Assembly (NCBI RefSeq): GCF_009914755.1
Contig: NC_060930.1
Strand: one strand, 5' to 3'
DNA from: the human T2T-CHM13v2.0 reference genome, Homo sapiens
DNA length: 64,000 nucleotides
Part shown: piece after piece, positions 40,816 through 53,771 of the stretch
How the letters are laid out: each line of letters starts with the position of its first letter
Numbering within the stretch: the first letter of the stretch is position 1
Position numbers and translations under genes: made by a program
The notes under the pieces: model-generated
Databases searched by the model: none
Told to the model about the DNA's origin: nothing
What the model saw: the letters and a program-made list of their open reading frames with translations, nothing else

Positions 40816-41915
40816 ATTGCTGACCAGGGATGTTCCAGCCCCTGGGCCTCCGGAAAAGTCTATCTAAAGGATTGTTCTCCAATCCCAAAGGAGGGGAGAG
40901 ACTCTTATCCTTGGAAAACATGGTCTTCAACATTAATGACTCTGATTTATGTAACTGGAAACACAACTTACACCTACGACACATTTTGGAGAAAACTACA
41001 AAAGCTCATAATAAGAAGTGCGAACTATGGTGATTTTAGTTAACCACAGTACACCCTGAATGCCTGAGGGTTGCTTTTGGAGGTCTCCTCATTACTGGAG
41101 TGCTGAAAGGCCAGAGTTCTCACACTGGAGATTTTTGTGTATGTGTGGGGCGGGCGGGGGCGGGGGGAGGGTTTCATAGGATGGTACATGATGTAGTTTG
41201 ATCTGATAGCTGAGAAAACATTTTTTAAGATGAAAGTTATTACTCTTGATTATCATAATTCAGAAGAGATGTAGCAGCAAGAAGCACATTTAGGGGATAA
41301 TTCACAGTAAAAGAAGAAAATCTGTTCTTATTTTTCACCCTTGCAACTCCTGAGTCTACAGGGACTGCCATGATTTAGATTTAAATCCTCCATGCCTCCT
41401 GCATCTGCAGCCTGGCATGAGAAAACATACTGGCATCCAGGGAAAAGTGAAATGCAACTTTTCTCACCTATTATGCATTTTTCTGGGACGCTTAATGGTT
41501 AAAACCCAGGGGAAGCAGTGCGACTGAGTGCTTCCCAACCTGGGGATGCCACACCAAGTCCCGGAGAGCAGAGGTCGTGTCCAGGAATGGGCAGCCTTTG
41601 AGGGGAGACTACTGCCAGGCCAGCGGTCAATAGCCTCATCCGGGAAATGTGTTTGGAAATGTCGCTCTGTGGGAGAGATGTGTCACGGAGCATTTCCCGG
41701 GAATGATGAAGGAAGGAGGGACTGTTCCCTCCTGGGTGTTCACAGCAGGGCCTGCAGGGAGCCCAACCACTTCCCACAGTAAAATGGCTCATTTGCAAAA
41801 TGATGGAGCAAGTGGTGAAGACCAGGGAGCATCTCCTTTCAGGGTTCCTGCAGTCTCTGTGTTCCTCACCCAGCTTTGTGCTCCATTTTCAGAAAGGTAT
41901 TGAAAATAGTATGCT

Positions 41916-42000
41916 AAGATCATTATACAATGTACACATGCGTTGAAACCTCCCACCATAAATATGTACAATTATTATATGTCAATTATAAGTTTTAAAA
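41916..42000 (+). mobile_element. very short L1MA 3' end
   Basis: CCATAAATATGTACAATTATTATATGTCAATT; TSD core TAGTATGCT at 41907-41915 / 42003-42011. Confidence 0.8.
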
Positions 42001-43030
42001 AGTAGTATGCTGAAGCAATCTTGAACTTGACTAGACAACCAAATTGCCCAAGCATTCAGTGCAAAACCAGGATTGAACTTGTGCTGCGTTGCTCACACAT
42101 TTGGTTTTAGAAAAAAGGAAATGCTTTTGTTTGAACTTTTGAAAGCAATTTAAGCCTAGCAGCCATGGGTGAATAAAAAAGCTGAGGTCAGTGTCAGATA
42201 AAACCAATGCAGTGGCACTTGCAGTGTTTATATGACTCAGCGTTGATGGCTTTTTTGTTGGATATGTTTTTACAATTTCATCTCTCTTAATATTCACCAA
42301 AATATCTCTCATGTTCATTTGGTTTCTGAAAACTTTTGAGATTTTATATGTTTACACTTAAAAAAATTTAATATTGTTTGATATTTAGTTTGAATAAATG
42401 ATCCAACATGAAGGAGTACTTGATCAAACAAAATACTTTAATATAAAACATTTTTACACACAATTTCCTCACCCTTTTCTAAAACCAGATACATGAATTT
42501 CCAATATTGAAAGTATTTTTTATTTTGGATTTGAATTTACTTAAGACCATGTGGTTTCTAAGATGAAAATCAACAGAGATCTTTTTGTCATGGCTTTTAC
42601 TGGGGAACGCGTACTAAGAAAAAAGGCTGAAATGACTTCTGAGGTGCCACATCAACCTAATGAAGCAATTTCGATGGGCCAAATGTAAATACATCTGGAC
42701 ACATGAGTTTCATTTTCTGTATGATATACAGGGGCTCACTATGAGAAGAAAATGTTTTGCCAGGGTTTGAGCACCAAATGTTTGAAGAAATATTTTGAAA
42801 TATTTAATAAAATATGATTGGATCTAGGAACCTAGCTGAAATATTAATCTGTCTCTGGAAGTACTTATTTATATAATTAGAAGCTAATAGTTATTTTAAG
42901 AAAGTATGGGAAGTTTTTAAGAAAGTATGGAGAGGAAGCATCTATAAGAAAATGTTTGAAATAATTTAGAACCTAATATGTAAGAGAATGTAAAAATGTG
43001 TCAACACTATGTAGAGGCTAGTAATTGGTT

Positions 43031-44612
43031 TGTTAGGCTATTTTCTATGTTGCTGTAAGGGGATATCCAAGACTAAGTAACTTATAAAGAAAAGAGGTTT
43101 AACTGGCTCACCCTTCTGTAGGATGTACAGGAAGCATGGCAGTGTCTGCTTCTGGGGAGGCCTCAGAAGTTGACAATCGCAGTGGAAGGTGATGGAGAGC
43201 TGATGTGTGGCCTGGCGAGAATGGAGGCAAGAGGGCAGGCGGTGGGGGAGGTCCACACTCCTTTATACGACTAGATATTGTGTGAACTCAGAATAAGAAC
43301 TCACTTATCACCAGGGAGCCGGTGCTAAGCCATACACAAGGAACCCGTCTCCATGAGCCGGTCACCTCACACCAGGCCCCACCTCCAACAGTGGAGGTCA
43401 CATTTCAACATGAGATTTGGAGGGGATACACATCCAGACTACATTATCCTGCCCTTGACTCCCCAGATCTCATCTCCTTCTTACATTTCAAAATACAGTC
43501 ATGTCTTTGCAATAGTCCCAAAAAGTCTTAACTCCTTCCAGAATTAACTCAAAATTTCCAAGTCTCAAGTCAAAAGCCTCATCTGGAGATGAGTTCCTTC
43601 CACCTATGTGCCTATGTGATCAAAAACGAGTTATTTATTCCCAAGATACAATGGTGGTGTAGGCAGGAATATCCCCTTTCCAAAAAGAGAAATCAGCCAA
43701 AAGAAAGGGAAGTCTTTTAATCTTAAAGCTCCAAAATAATCTCTTTGGCTCCATGTTCCGAATCCAGGGTGATGGCTTGGAGTCTAGTGCCTGGAACTTT
43801 TCTAGGCTCAGCATGCAAGCTGCCACTGGCAGGGTCTACAGGATGGGGGCCTCCTGCCCACAGCTCCATTAGGCAGTGCCCTGGTGGGGACTCTGCATGG
43901 GGGTACCAACCCCACATTTCCTCTTAGCACTGCCCTAGTAGAGGTTCTCTGGGTGGACTCCACCCCTATGGCAGGCTTCTGCCCAGGCACCGAGGCTTTC
44001 CTATACATCCTCTGCAGCCTCGGTAGAATCCTCCAAGCCTCCTTCACTCTTGCATTCAGTGTACCAATAGGCTCAATGTCACAAGGAATCTGCCAAGGCT
44101 TATAGTCTGCACCCTCTGGAGGAGTGGCCTGAACTGTACCTGAGCCCCTTTGAGCCAAGACTTGAGCTGAAGTGGCCAGGATGTGGGGAGCAGTGTCCTG
44201 AGGCTGTGCAGTGCAATGACATCCAGGGTCTGGCCCCTGAAGGCATTCTTTTCTCCTAGGCATCTGGGCCTGTGATGAGAGGGCTTGCCTAGAAGATCAC
44301 TGAAATGCCTTCAAGGCCTTTATCCCATTGTCTTGGATATTAGTGCTTGGCTCCATTTTAGTCAGGCTAATGTCTCTAGCAAGAGGTTGCTCCACAGCCT
44401 GCTTGAATTCATTCTCTATCACAGGGCCAGGATGCAAATTTTCCAAACCTTGCTCTGTTTCCCTTTTAAATATAAGTTCCAAGTTTAAGTCATCCCTCTG
44501 TCCCTACATCTGATCCTAGGTTGTTAAAAGAAGCCAAGCCACTTCTTGACCACTTTGCTGCTTAAAATTTATTCCACCAGCTACCTACCCTAAGTCATCA
44601 CTCTCAAGTTCA
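43031..44612 (-). mobile_element. MST LTR (43031-43447) plus MST internal sequence, truncated
   Basis: Reverse MSTB-like LTR followed by MaLR internal motifs (CACAGCTCCATTAGGCAGTGCCC, GGGGACTCTG); no second LTR seen. Confidence 0.88.
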
Positions 44613-44794
44613 ATACGATCTGTGTGGATATAATTTTGCAGAGTTAGAACTAACCCCAGATGAGAAAACACTCTCCTATCAAGTATCTTGTTACTTGGAG
44701 CATGGCAGGGGGCCAGCATCACCAGCAGCTCCTACAAGCTTCTTCAAATACAGAAACTGAATTCATACACACATTAAAGTTTTAGAAACACTGG

Positions 44795-45178
44795 TGCTAT
44801 GGTCTGAATGTGTCCCTGAAAGCTCATGTGTTGGAAACTTGATTCCCAATGTGGAGGTACTGGGTGGGGGGGCCTTAAAGAGATGTTTTTTGCCCTCATG
44901 AGTGGATTAATGCCATTATCACAAGAGTGATTATCTTAAAAAAAGATGAGTTCAGCCACCTCTTGCTCTCTCTGTTGATCTCTCTCACCCTTTCATTGCC
45001 CTTCTTCCATGTGATGCTTTCCACCATGTGATGACACAGCAAGAAGGACCTTGCCAGATGTCAGCTCCTCAGTTTTGGACTTCCCAACATCCATAACCAT
45101 GAGCCAATAAATTTCTGTTCATAATAAGCTACTTAGCCTGTGGAATTTTATTATAGCAGCACAGAAAAGACTAAGGCA
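44795..45178 (+). mobile_element. MSTD-like solo LTR
   Basis: TGCTATGGTCTGAATGTGTCCC at the start and GACTAAGGCA at the end; 5-bp TSD ACTGG; may sit in a MER5 relic. Confidence 0.88.
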
Positions 45179-46473
45179 ACTGGTCCAGTAGGTGGTTCTT
45201 CACAATGCTACCTTACGAAACCATTTCAAGTATGTTGAAGCTAGTGACATCATATGAAGATCAAGATGACAGAATATCTCAGTGTGTCTTTTATTGTAAA
45301 ATACACTTAGTTCAACACTTATAAGAAAAAGGCAAAATTGAAATTTAACATTTGGAGAAAGCAATTAAGAAAATTGTAATAAAACTTTTCTTCTAATCTG
45401 GTTCTTGATATTTTGTTTCTCCATGTACAAAATCATAATGTTTGGCCACTTGCTTTTAAATTTATGTCTCTTATTAGAACAAATGTAAAAACAAATATGA
45501 AATGATGCATAAAAATATTTTCTTAAAGAGTTAAAAGGATTAATCATGTATAAGCTAGATAATATATTATTATAAATGAAAAATAAAATACATTTTATAT
45601 ATATAATATATTCATATAAACCCTGAAGACATGAATAATAAGTGTATCTGTCTATATTTTTAAAGCACTAATGTTTAGCTTCACTAATTATAATACTAGC
45701 TTGTACATCTTCATTTCAAATTTGGGATGAACATCAAAAAATATTTGGCTCAGATAGCATTTCAAATATTATATGTTCATTTTAGTCTGCTCTGAATTTC
45801 TTAGGCCTGAAAATGTGGAAAATTAGAAATCTTGAGGTTAGTTGATAAGGTTTCCAGTAGTCTCTGCTTCTAGTTAAGATATAAAGAGCAAGAGGTGAGA
45901 CACATGGCAGGCTCATGCTTCCAGCTTACTCATGGATAAGGTCCAGCAGCACTGAAACAAATGGGAATCTAATCTAATCTGATGCACTCACAATGTTAAA
46001 AGGCAGCTTCAGCCAGGCCAGTAAATTTTACTTTGCTAATGGCAGACACAAGACTCACTATAGGGACTATAGTGTTTCCAAGAAGAGAGTGTGATTTACT
46101 CCAGGACTCCATTTTATTTGTGTCCTAGATACATCATCAGAATTTCTGCTAACTACAATCAAGATTTCTGCCTGAGAACAGCCCCTGGGACTAAAGTACT
46201 TTTCTTAGAAATCCTAGGAAATCCTTGGACATGCTTTTTCCTTGATCCTGCACTTGACCTGAGCTGATTTTCTCTGGGATCAGAGCCTGCCCAGTGGCCC
46301 ATGAATGTCCTGAAGATAGAGCTCTGCTCATGAATGTGCTCCCTTCTGCGTGGCAAAAAGCAAACCCGTCAGACTTTTTCAGGAAGCTGGAAGGAGAGAA
46401 CCTATGGAAAGCATTGGTAATGAGAAGAAGCTATTAGCTGATAGAAGCAGGACATAATCAAATGTAAAGTTGA

Positions 46474-46960
<487 letters not shown>

Positions 46961-47249
46961 GGCAACAATATTATTGAATACCTATGTGCAAGACCCAAGA
47001 CAAATATATGCCAAGACAGTAACTCGTATGGGATGTGACCCTGGCAGACACAGATAAAGGGGTGGGGGAAGTGAGGCAGGGAAGAGAGACACACCAGAAA
47101 TTCATGCTGCATTGAGACTTACTCAGCAAGAGTCGCATCCCATCACCTGTTTGCAGCGGTGCTCTGACCTGCAGTCCTGTCTAAGAGTCTTACCAGATGA
47201 GTTAGCTCGAGCTGGGTTCTCATTTAAACATAAGCATTCACATGAAGTT

Positions 47250-47925
47250 TCTTAACAGTTGCATTGAGACCTAGATATTATAAATTCACCCTTTTCAGTT
47301 GTGCCATTTGGTGGTTTGAGTACATTAACAGAATTGTGTAAGCATCATCACAATCCATTTTAGAGCACTTTCATCACCACAAAAGACACTCTGTAATTTT
47401 TAGCTGTTCCTCCTGGCTTCATCACTCAGATCTCTCCAGCAGCAAGTGACCCCTGCAAATATGGTATGAGGGCCCTGGCCAGAGCTCCAGCACAGTCCTG
47501 AACGGAAGTGAGGTAGCAGACATCCTTGTTCCTGCTGGGCAGGTGCAGTGGGAAAATCATCCAGACTTTCCCCACTAAGTATGATGGTAGCTCTGGGTAT
47601 TTGCTACAACCCTTTGATCAGGTTGATGAAACTTCCTTCTATTTCTAGTATAAGTGTTTTCGTCATCAAAGAGTGTTAGAGTTCTGTCAAATGCTTTTTC
47701 TCTGTCTATTGCAATAATTTTGTGTTTTTTGCCTTTTATTCTATTGATAGGATACATTACATTAATTAGTTTTCAGATGTTGACCTAATCTTGCACTCCT
47801 AGAATAGATCCCACTTGGTCATGAGGCATACTTCCTTTTATACATTGCTGGATCTGGTTTGCTGCTATATTTTGTGGATTTTTCCATCCATATCTGTATG
47901 AGATGTTGATCTGAATTTTTGAAAA
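47250..47925 (-). mobile_element. L1MB-like 3' end plus ORF2 fragment
   Basis: CATTTTAGAGCACTTTCATCACC; ORF 47575-47757 gives HKIIAIDREKAFD (L1 RT). Confidence 0.8.
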
Positions 47926-49603
47926 TAAGACGAAACTTTACTATCTTATGTTCTAAAGGCCAGATATCCTAAAATTAAAGTGTCAGCCATGCTGCGTTCA
48001 CTCTGAAACCCTGGGGAAGACATCATTTTGTTGCCTTTTATAGTTTCTAGGGGCTGCCTGCACGTGTTTGCACCTGAGTAGTTTCATCAGCCTGTTTTTT
48101 CCCCTGCAGAATGCTGGGAGTCTGAGAGCTTGTTTTTATTTCAACTTTTCTCTATCCTTTGCAGTCTAAGCCCGTCATTTTTCACAGGTGTAACAAGTCC
48201 AAAAAGCTTGTGGATCACCTGTGAATATCACAGGGATTTCATCTGTTTTTCAGAGGCTTTGCTGTGTAACTTTCCTCATCTCTATTTTCAGTTTTTGCTG
48301 GGATGTGTGAGGAGGCCCATGAACCACGCCCCTCAGGCCTTCAAAAGAGGCCTCTGTGAGAGGAATCCACTGACATTTTCATCCTTTAGAGGCATGAGCT
48401 GCAGGTCGTCCAGCACAGCCCTGGCTTTCTCTTTTTAGGATGCTTTCCTGATAATAAATCTCCACATTTAAGAGTCTTCTGCACTTTGGACAGGCTGCAA
48501 ATTTCCCAGATTATGAAATCCTGTTTTTTTGTTTTGTTGTGTTTCGTTTTGTTTTTCCTATTCTGCCTGCTTTATTCTAGCTGCGCTAGAAGTGATTGGA
48601 GATGAGGTTCAGAGTGTGACCCACAGGGAGGTGCACTATGCTCCAAAAGAACTGCTTGAGTTTTCTAATTTACATAAGCAGAAATCTGGAGAACAGTCAT
48701 AGGAATGGATATTAACGGTGTGAGATAATGGGGGAAGGAACATAGAGTTGGATCGGGTGGAATTTATTGATATGGGTTCACTAAGCAGAGATTTTGCATT
48801 TTATGTTGCAGCTCAAGAAGCTTTAAAAAGGTTCTAATAGTTTATTTGCTTGATTAGCTGAAATATGGATCAAAAGATGGCCCTCTGTGAGTGAGCTGGA
48901 AATGCCTGATCTCCCTTGGTTTAATGTAGAGAAAGGGATTCAAAGGCTTAGGGAGATGGGGATGCAAGAGTAGATTAGTCACTTTAGACCGACTCATCTC
49001 AGCTGAGAGGGTCCAGAAGACATACCCTTCACTAATACCTTGAGAAGCAGATTTGTGAGGGGCGCACCTGCATCCTTGAGCTCTATGATTGCTCTTCTCT
49101 GTATGCAAGATCTTACAATGGGCACCACTGTCACTCAATTAGAAAACTTAAACACAATGGGAATCACTGGATCCTGAGGTGGCAGGGGCCGAGTGGTAGC
49201 ACTCAACTGTTGAGGATGTTACATCTTTGAAGAGCACCTGCATCCTTGAAGATCTGTAATTGCTCTTCTCTGTCAGCCAGATCTTACGGTGAGAACCACG
49301 ATCACTCAATTAAAAAACTTAAGCACAATGGGAATAATTGGATCCCAAGGTGACAGGGGCCAAATGGTGGCACTCAACTATCAAAGGCAAGGTGGGCATA
49401 GCTACGTAATGGACAGCAGAGACAAAGCAGCAGTCAGAATAGTCTGACTCATGTAGAGCTCTGGCACTGGCTTATTAATCACAGTGTTCCTAGAAGTGAA
49501 AGTGATAGGAAGCCTTCTGCATTCTTACTTAGTTTGTATAGGCAGAAAACTTTCAGGTCGAGTGGACAAAAAACTAATTTAAATTATAAAAATAGAGAAT
49601 CAC

Positions 49604-50604
49604 TACTGGGGGAACCAGCCCTCAATATTTCAACATAGGTTCTCTTCTATTTTCCCTAAGTGTTGGCCGGTCTGAGAAATAAAGGGAAAGAGTACAAAAC
49701 AGAGAAATTTTAAAGCTGGGTGTCCGGGGGAGACATCACATGTCAGCAGGTTCCGTGACGCCCCATGAGCTGTAAAACCAGCAAGTTTTTATTAGCAATT
49801 TTCAAAGAGGAGGGAGTATACAAATAGGGTGTGGGTCACAGAGATCACATGCTTCAAGGGCAACAAAATATCACAAGGCAAATGGGCAGGGCAAGGTCAC
49901 AAGGCCAGGGTAAAACTAGAATTACTAATGAAGTTCCCGGTCCCGCTGTGCACATATTGCCATTGATAAACATCAGGAAATGGGGTTTTTGAGAGCAGGC
50001 AATCAGTCTGACTAAAATTTACTAGGCAGGAATTTCCTAATCCTAATAAGCCTGGGGGTGCTGCAGGAGGCCAGGGCATGTTTCATCCCTATCTACAACT
50101 GCATAAGGCAGACCCTCCTGGAGTGGCCATTTTAGAGGCCCCCCCTGGGAATGCTTTCTTTTCCCAGGGCTGTTAATTATTAATATTCCTTACTGGGGAA
50201 AGCATTCAGCAATATTTCTCTTACCTGTTTTCGGCAATAAGAGAAATATGGCTCTGTCCTGCCTGGCTCCCAGGCAATCAGACCTAATGGTTATCTCCCT
50301 TGTTCCCTGAACATTGCTGTTAACCTGTTCTTTTTTCAAGGTGCCCAGATTTCATATTGTTCAAACACACATGCTTTATGAACAATTTGTACAGATAACA
50401 CAATCATCACAGGGTTCCGAGGTGACATACATCCTCAGTTTATGAAGATGATGGGATTAAGAGATTAAAGTAAAGACAGGCATAGGAAATTATAAGAGTA
50501 TTGATTGGGGAAGTGATAAATGTCCATGAAATCTTCACAATTTATGTTCTTCTGTCACGGCTTCAGCAGGTCCCTCTGTTTGGGGTCCCTGACTTCCCGC
50601 AACA
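49604..50604 (-). mobile_element. MER11 solo LTR (HERV-K11/HML-8)
   Basis: The reverse complement starts TGTTGCGGGAAGTCAGGGACCCC; 6-bp TSD AATCA(C/T) at 49598-49603 / 50605-50610. Confidence 0.95.
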
Positions 50605-51192
50605 AATCATGACCCCTCAATCAATTTCCAGATGAGCCAGTTTACAGACCCAGAACCCCTTGAATGAAGGGAAGGGTCCTTAAGGAAGGACCCCACTACA
50701 CTGCCGACAATGTATACTGTTAATCTTTCTCCCATACTTCCCCAAGGAGACCTCCAGCCTTTTACTGGGGTAACTGCACTGGGGAAAGGGGAATAATCAA
50801 TCAGAATTTTTGGAAACTACTGGACCCTGGCTCTGACCTGATGTTGATTACAGGGGACCCAAAATATCATTGTGGTTCTCCAGTTAAATAGGGGCTTATG
50901 GAGGTCAAGTAATTAATGGAGTTTTAGCTCAGCTCTAACTTACAGTGGGTCCAGTGGGTTCCCAGACTCATCCTGTGGTCATTTCCCCAGTGCCAGAATG
51001 CAGAATTGGCATAGATATACTTAGCAGCTGACAGAACCCCCACACTGGCTCCCTGACTGGTAGGCTTAGGGCTACTATGGTGGGAGAGGCCAAATGGAAG
51101 CCATTAGAGCTGCCTCTACCTAGAAAAATAGTAAATCAAAACCAATATTCATCCCTGGAAGGATTGCAGAGATTAATGCTACCATCAAGGTT

Positions 51193-51639
51193 TTGAAAGA
51201 TGCAGGGGTGGTGATTCCCACCACATCCCCATTCAACTCTCCTATTTGGCCTCTGCAGAAGACAGATGGATGTTGGAAAATAATACTAGGTTATCATAAG
51301 CTTAACCAAGCGGCGACTTCAATTGCAGCTGCTGTACCGGATGTGGTTTCATTGCTTGAACAAATTGACACATCTCCTGGTACCTGGCATGCAGCCATTG
51401 ATTTGGCAAATGCCCTTTTCTCCATTCCTGTCCATAAGGCCCATCAGAAACAATTTGCCTTCAGGTGGCAAGGCCAGCAATATACCTTTATTTTCCTGCC
51501 TCAAGGGTACATCAACTCTCCAGCTTTGTGTCATAATCTTGTTCTCAGAGATCTTGATCACTTTTCACTTCCACGATATATCACACTGGTCCATTACATT
51601 GAGGACATTATGCTGATTGGACCAGTGAGTGAGAAGTAG
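51193..51639 (+). pseudogene. HERV-L reverse transcriptase fragment, inactive
   Basis: SPFNSPIWP, AIDLANALFSIP, QFAF, LPQGY; the catalytic YIDD reads YIED; the frame ends just after it. Confidence 0.92.
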
Positions 51640-52207
51640 CAAACATACTGGGCTCATTGCTGTGTCATTTGCATGCCAGAGGGTGGGAAATAAATCCAAC
51701 TAAAATTCAGGGACCTTCTACCTCAGTGAAATTTCTAGGGATCCAGGGCTATGGGTCCTGTTGAGATATTCTTTCTAAGGTAAAAGATAGATTGCTGCAT
51801 TTGAACCCTCATACAACCAAGAAAGAGGCACAATGCCTAGAAAGTCTATTTGGATTTTGGAGGCAACACATTCCTCATTTGGGTGTGTTACTCTGGCTCA
51901 TTTATCGAGTGATCTGAAAGGCTACCAGTTTTGAGTGGGGTCCAGAACAGGAGAAGGCTCTGCAACAGGTCCAGGCTGCTGTGCGAGCTGCTCTGCCACT
52001 TGGGCCTGAATAATCTACTTTGGATATGTACTAACTGAATACTAGTGAGATAAATAAATATTCCTCCTATACAGCTCTATTTCCTTGCTCCCCTTCTTGT
52101 GCTATTATTGTTGTACATGTTACGTACAATCGTATTATTGTCTTTATTTGGAGATTATGTGTGATTTTAAGAGATGTGTATGGGTTCAGGTTGACAAGAG
52201 GTGGACT

Positions 52208-52749
52208 TGTGATGGTTAATATTAAGTGTCAACTTGATTGGATGCAAAGTTGTGTTGCTGGGTGTGTCTATAAAGGTGTTTCCAAAGGAGAGTAACATTT
52301 GAGTAAGTGGACTGGGAGAGGCAGACCCACCTGCAATGTGGGTGGGCACCAACTAATCAAGTGCCAGCACAGCTAGAATAAAGCAGGCAGAAGAAGGTGG
52401 AAGGACTTGACTTGCTGAGTCTTCTGGTCTCCATCTTTCTCCTGTGCTGGATGCTTCCTGCCCTCGAACATCAGACTCCAAGTTCTTCAGCTTTTGGACT
52501 CTTGAACTCACACCAGTGATTTGCCAAGGGCTCTTGGGCCTTCGGCCACAGACCGAAGGCTGCACTGTCGGCTTCCTTACTTCTGAGATTTTGGGACTCG
52601 GACTGATCCATCACTGGCTTCCTTGCTCCTCAACTTGCAGACGGCCTATTGTGGGACTTTAACTTGTGACTGTGTGAGTCAACTCTCCTTAATAAATATG
52701 TACATATATTGTATTAGTTCTGTCCCTCTAGAGAACCCTGACTAATACA
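52208..52749 (+). mobile_element. MLT2A-type 3' LTR of HERV-L
   Basis: TGTGATGGTTAATATT at the start and CTAGAGAACCCTGACTAATACA at the end. Confidence 0.93.
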
Positions 52750-53771
52750 TCTATCAACAATTGATCTTTCTTCTTACATTTTGCTGTAAGTAGCAAGAAG
52801 AATCCAGGTTGCCCCTTCCATACTCAGAAATTTCCTCAGGCAAATACCCAAGTTTGTCACTTACAAGCCTGCTTTTACCACAGAACAGTAGGACTCTGTT
52901 AAGTTTCGCTTCCGGCCACTACATTAGAAGATTTTTCTTTCTTCCAGTTCCAATAACACTTTTCCTCATTTCCTTCTAAGCCCTCGTCAGCAGTTCTTTC
53001 CTTGTCCATATTTCTACCCCATCTGCTTATGAAATTGTGGTTAGTTTCTAGAACAATGCAGATTTCCTTCATCATCTCCTCACTTCTTCTGAGCCCTCGA
53101 CAGCACAATTTTTCCACCTCTGTATTTCTGCCTACAATCGGCTGATGGTGATTTAGTCATCCTCTGAGATAATACATGTTTTCTCTGTTATGCCTCTTCC
53201 TTCCTTTTGATCCATCACCAGCAGAGTCTTTAACATCTGCTTTTCCACTCACAGCCTGTGCAGGCAACCTAGACTTTTCCTATAAAGCTCCATAATTTGT
53301 TTTCTTCCTCTATCACTTCCCACTTCCAAAGTCTCTTCAATGTTTTTCTTATTTCTTACGGTAGTGACTCACTTTGTGGCATCAAGATCTGTATTATTTT
53401 TCGATTGTTGCTATAACAGATTACTAAAATCTCAGTGGATTAAGACAATATGAAGTTATTATCATACAGCCATTGAGGTCCAAAGTCCTAAAACAAAGTT
53501 CTTGGCACCTCATGGCACCAACCTCCATCTTCAAAGTCGGTGGCGTCTTGCAGTCTCTCTCTCTTCCCAGCTTCAGCTCTCTTGACTACCATTTAAAAAG
53601 ACTCTTGTGACTACACTGGGCCCATCTGGATAATTCAAGATACTCTCATCTCAACATCATAAACGAAATTTCATCTACCAAATCCCCTTTGCTAGATAAG
53701 GTAAAATCTTTATAGGTTCCAGAAATTAAGGCATAGACATATTCAACAGATTATTATATTTTTCTACCACA

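Larger units (their letters stand above)
48601..52207 (+). mobile_element. HERV-L internal region (partial gag, pro, RT; most of the rest of pol deleted)
   Basis: gag-type CCAAAAGAACTGCTTGAGTTTTCTAATTTA; protease remnant LLDPGSDLMLITGDP at about 50817; RT ORF; PPT-like GACAAGAGGTGGACT before an MLT2 LTR. Confidence 0.93.
47930..53771 (-). mobile_element. MLT1 (MLT1D-like) provirus remnant: LTR piece 47930-48070, internal 48070-48522 and 52750-53389, LTR 53390-53771
   Basis: Reverse MLT1 LTR motifs at both ends (CTTGTGACTACACTGGGCCCATCTGGATAATTCAAGA; TTTCTACCACA), with MaLR-internal-like sequence flanking the HERV-L. Confidence 0.65.

Noticed and set aside
51193-51639. Functional or domesticated reverse transcriptase
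   Set aside because: The catalytic motif reads YIED, the frame stops right after it, the protease motif reads DPG, and the rest of pol is deleted.
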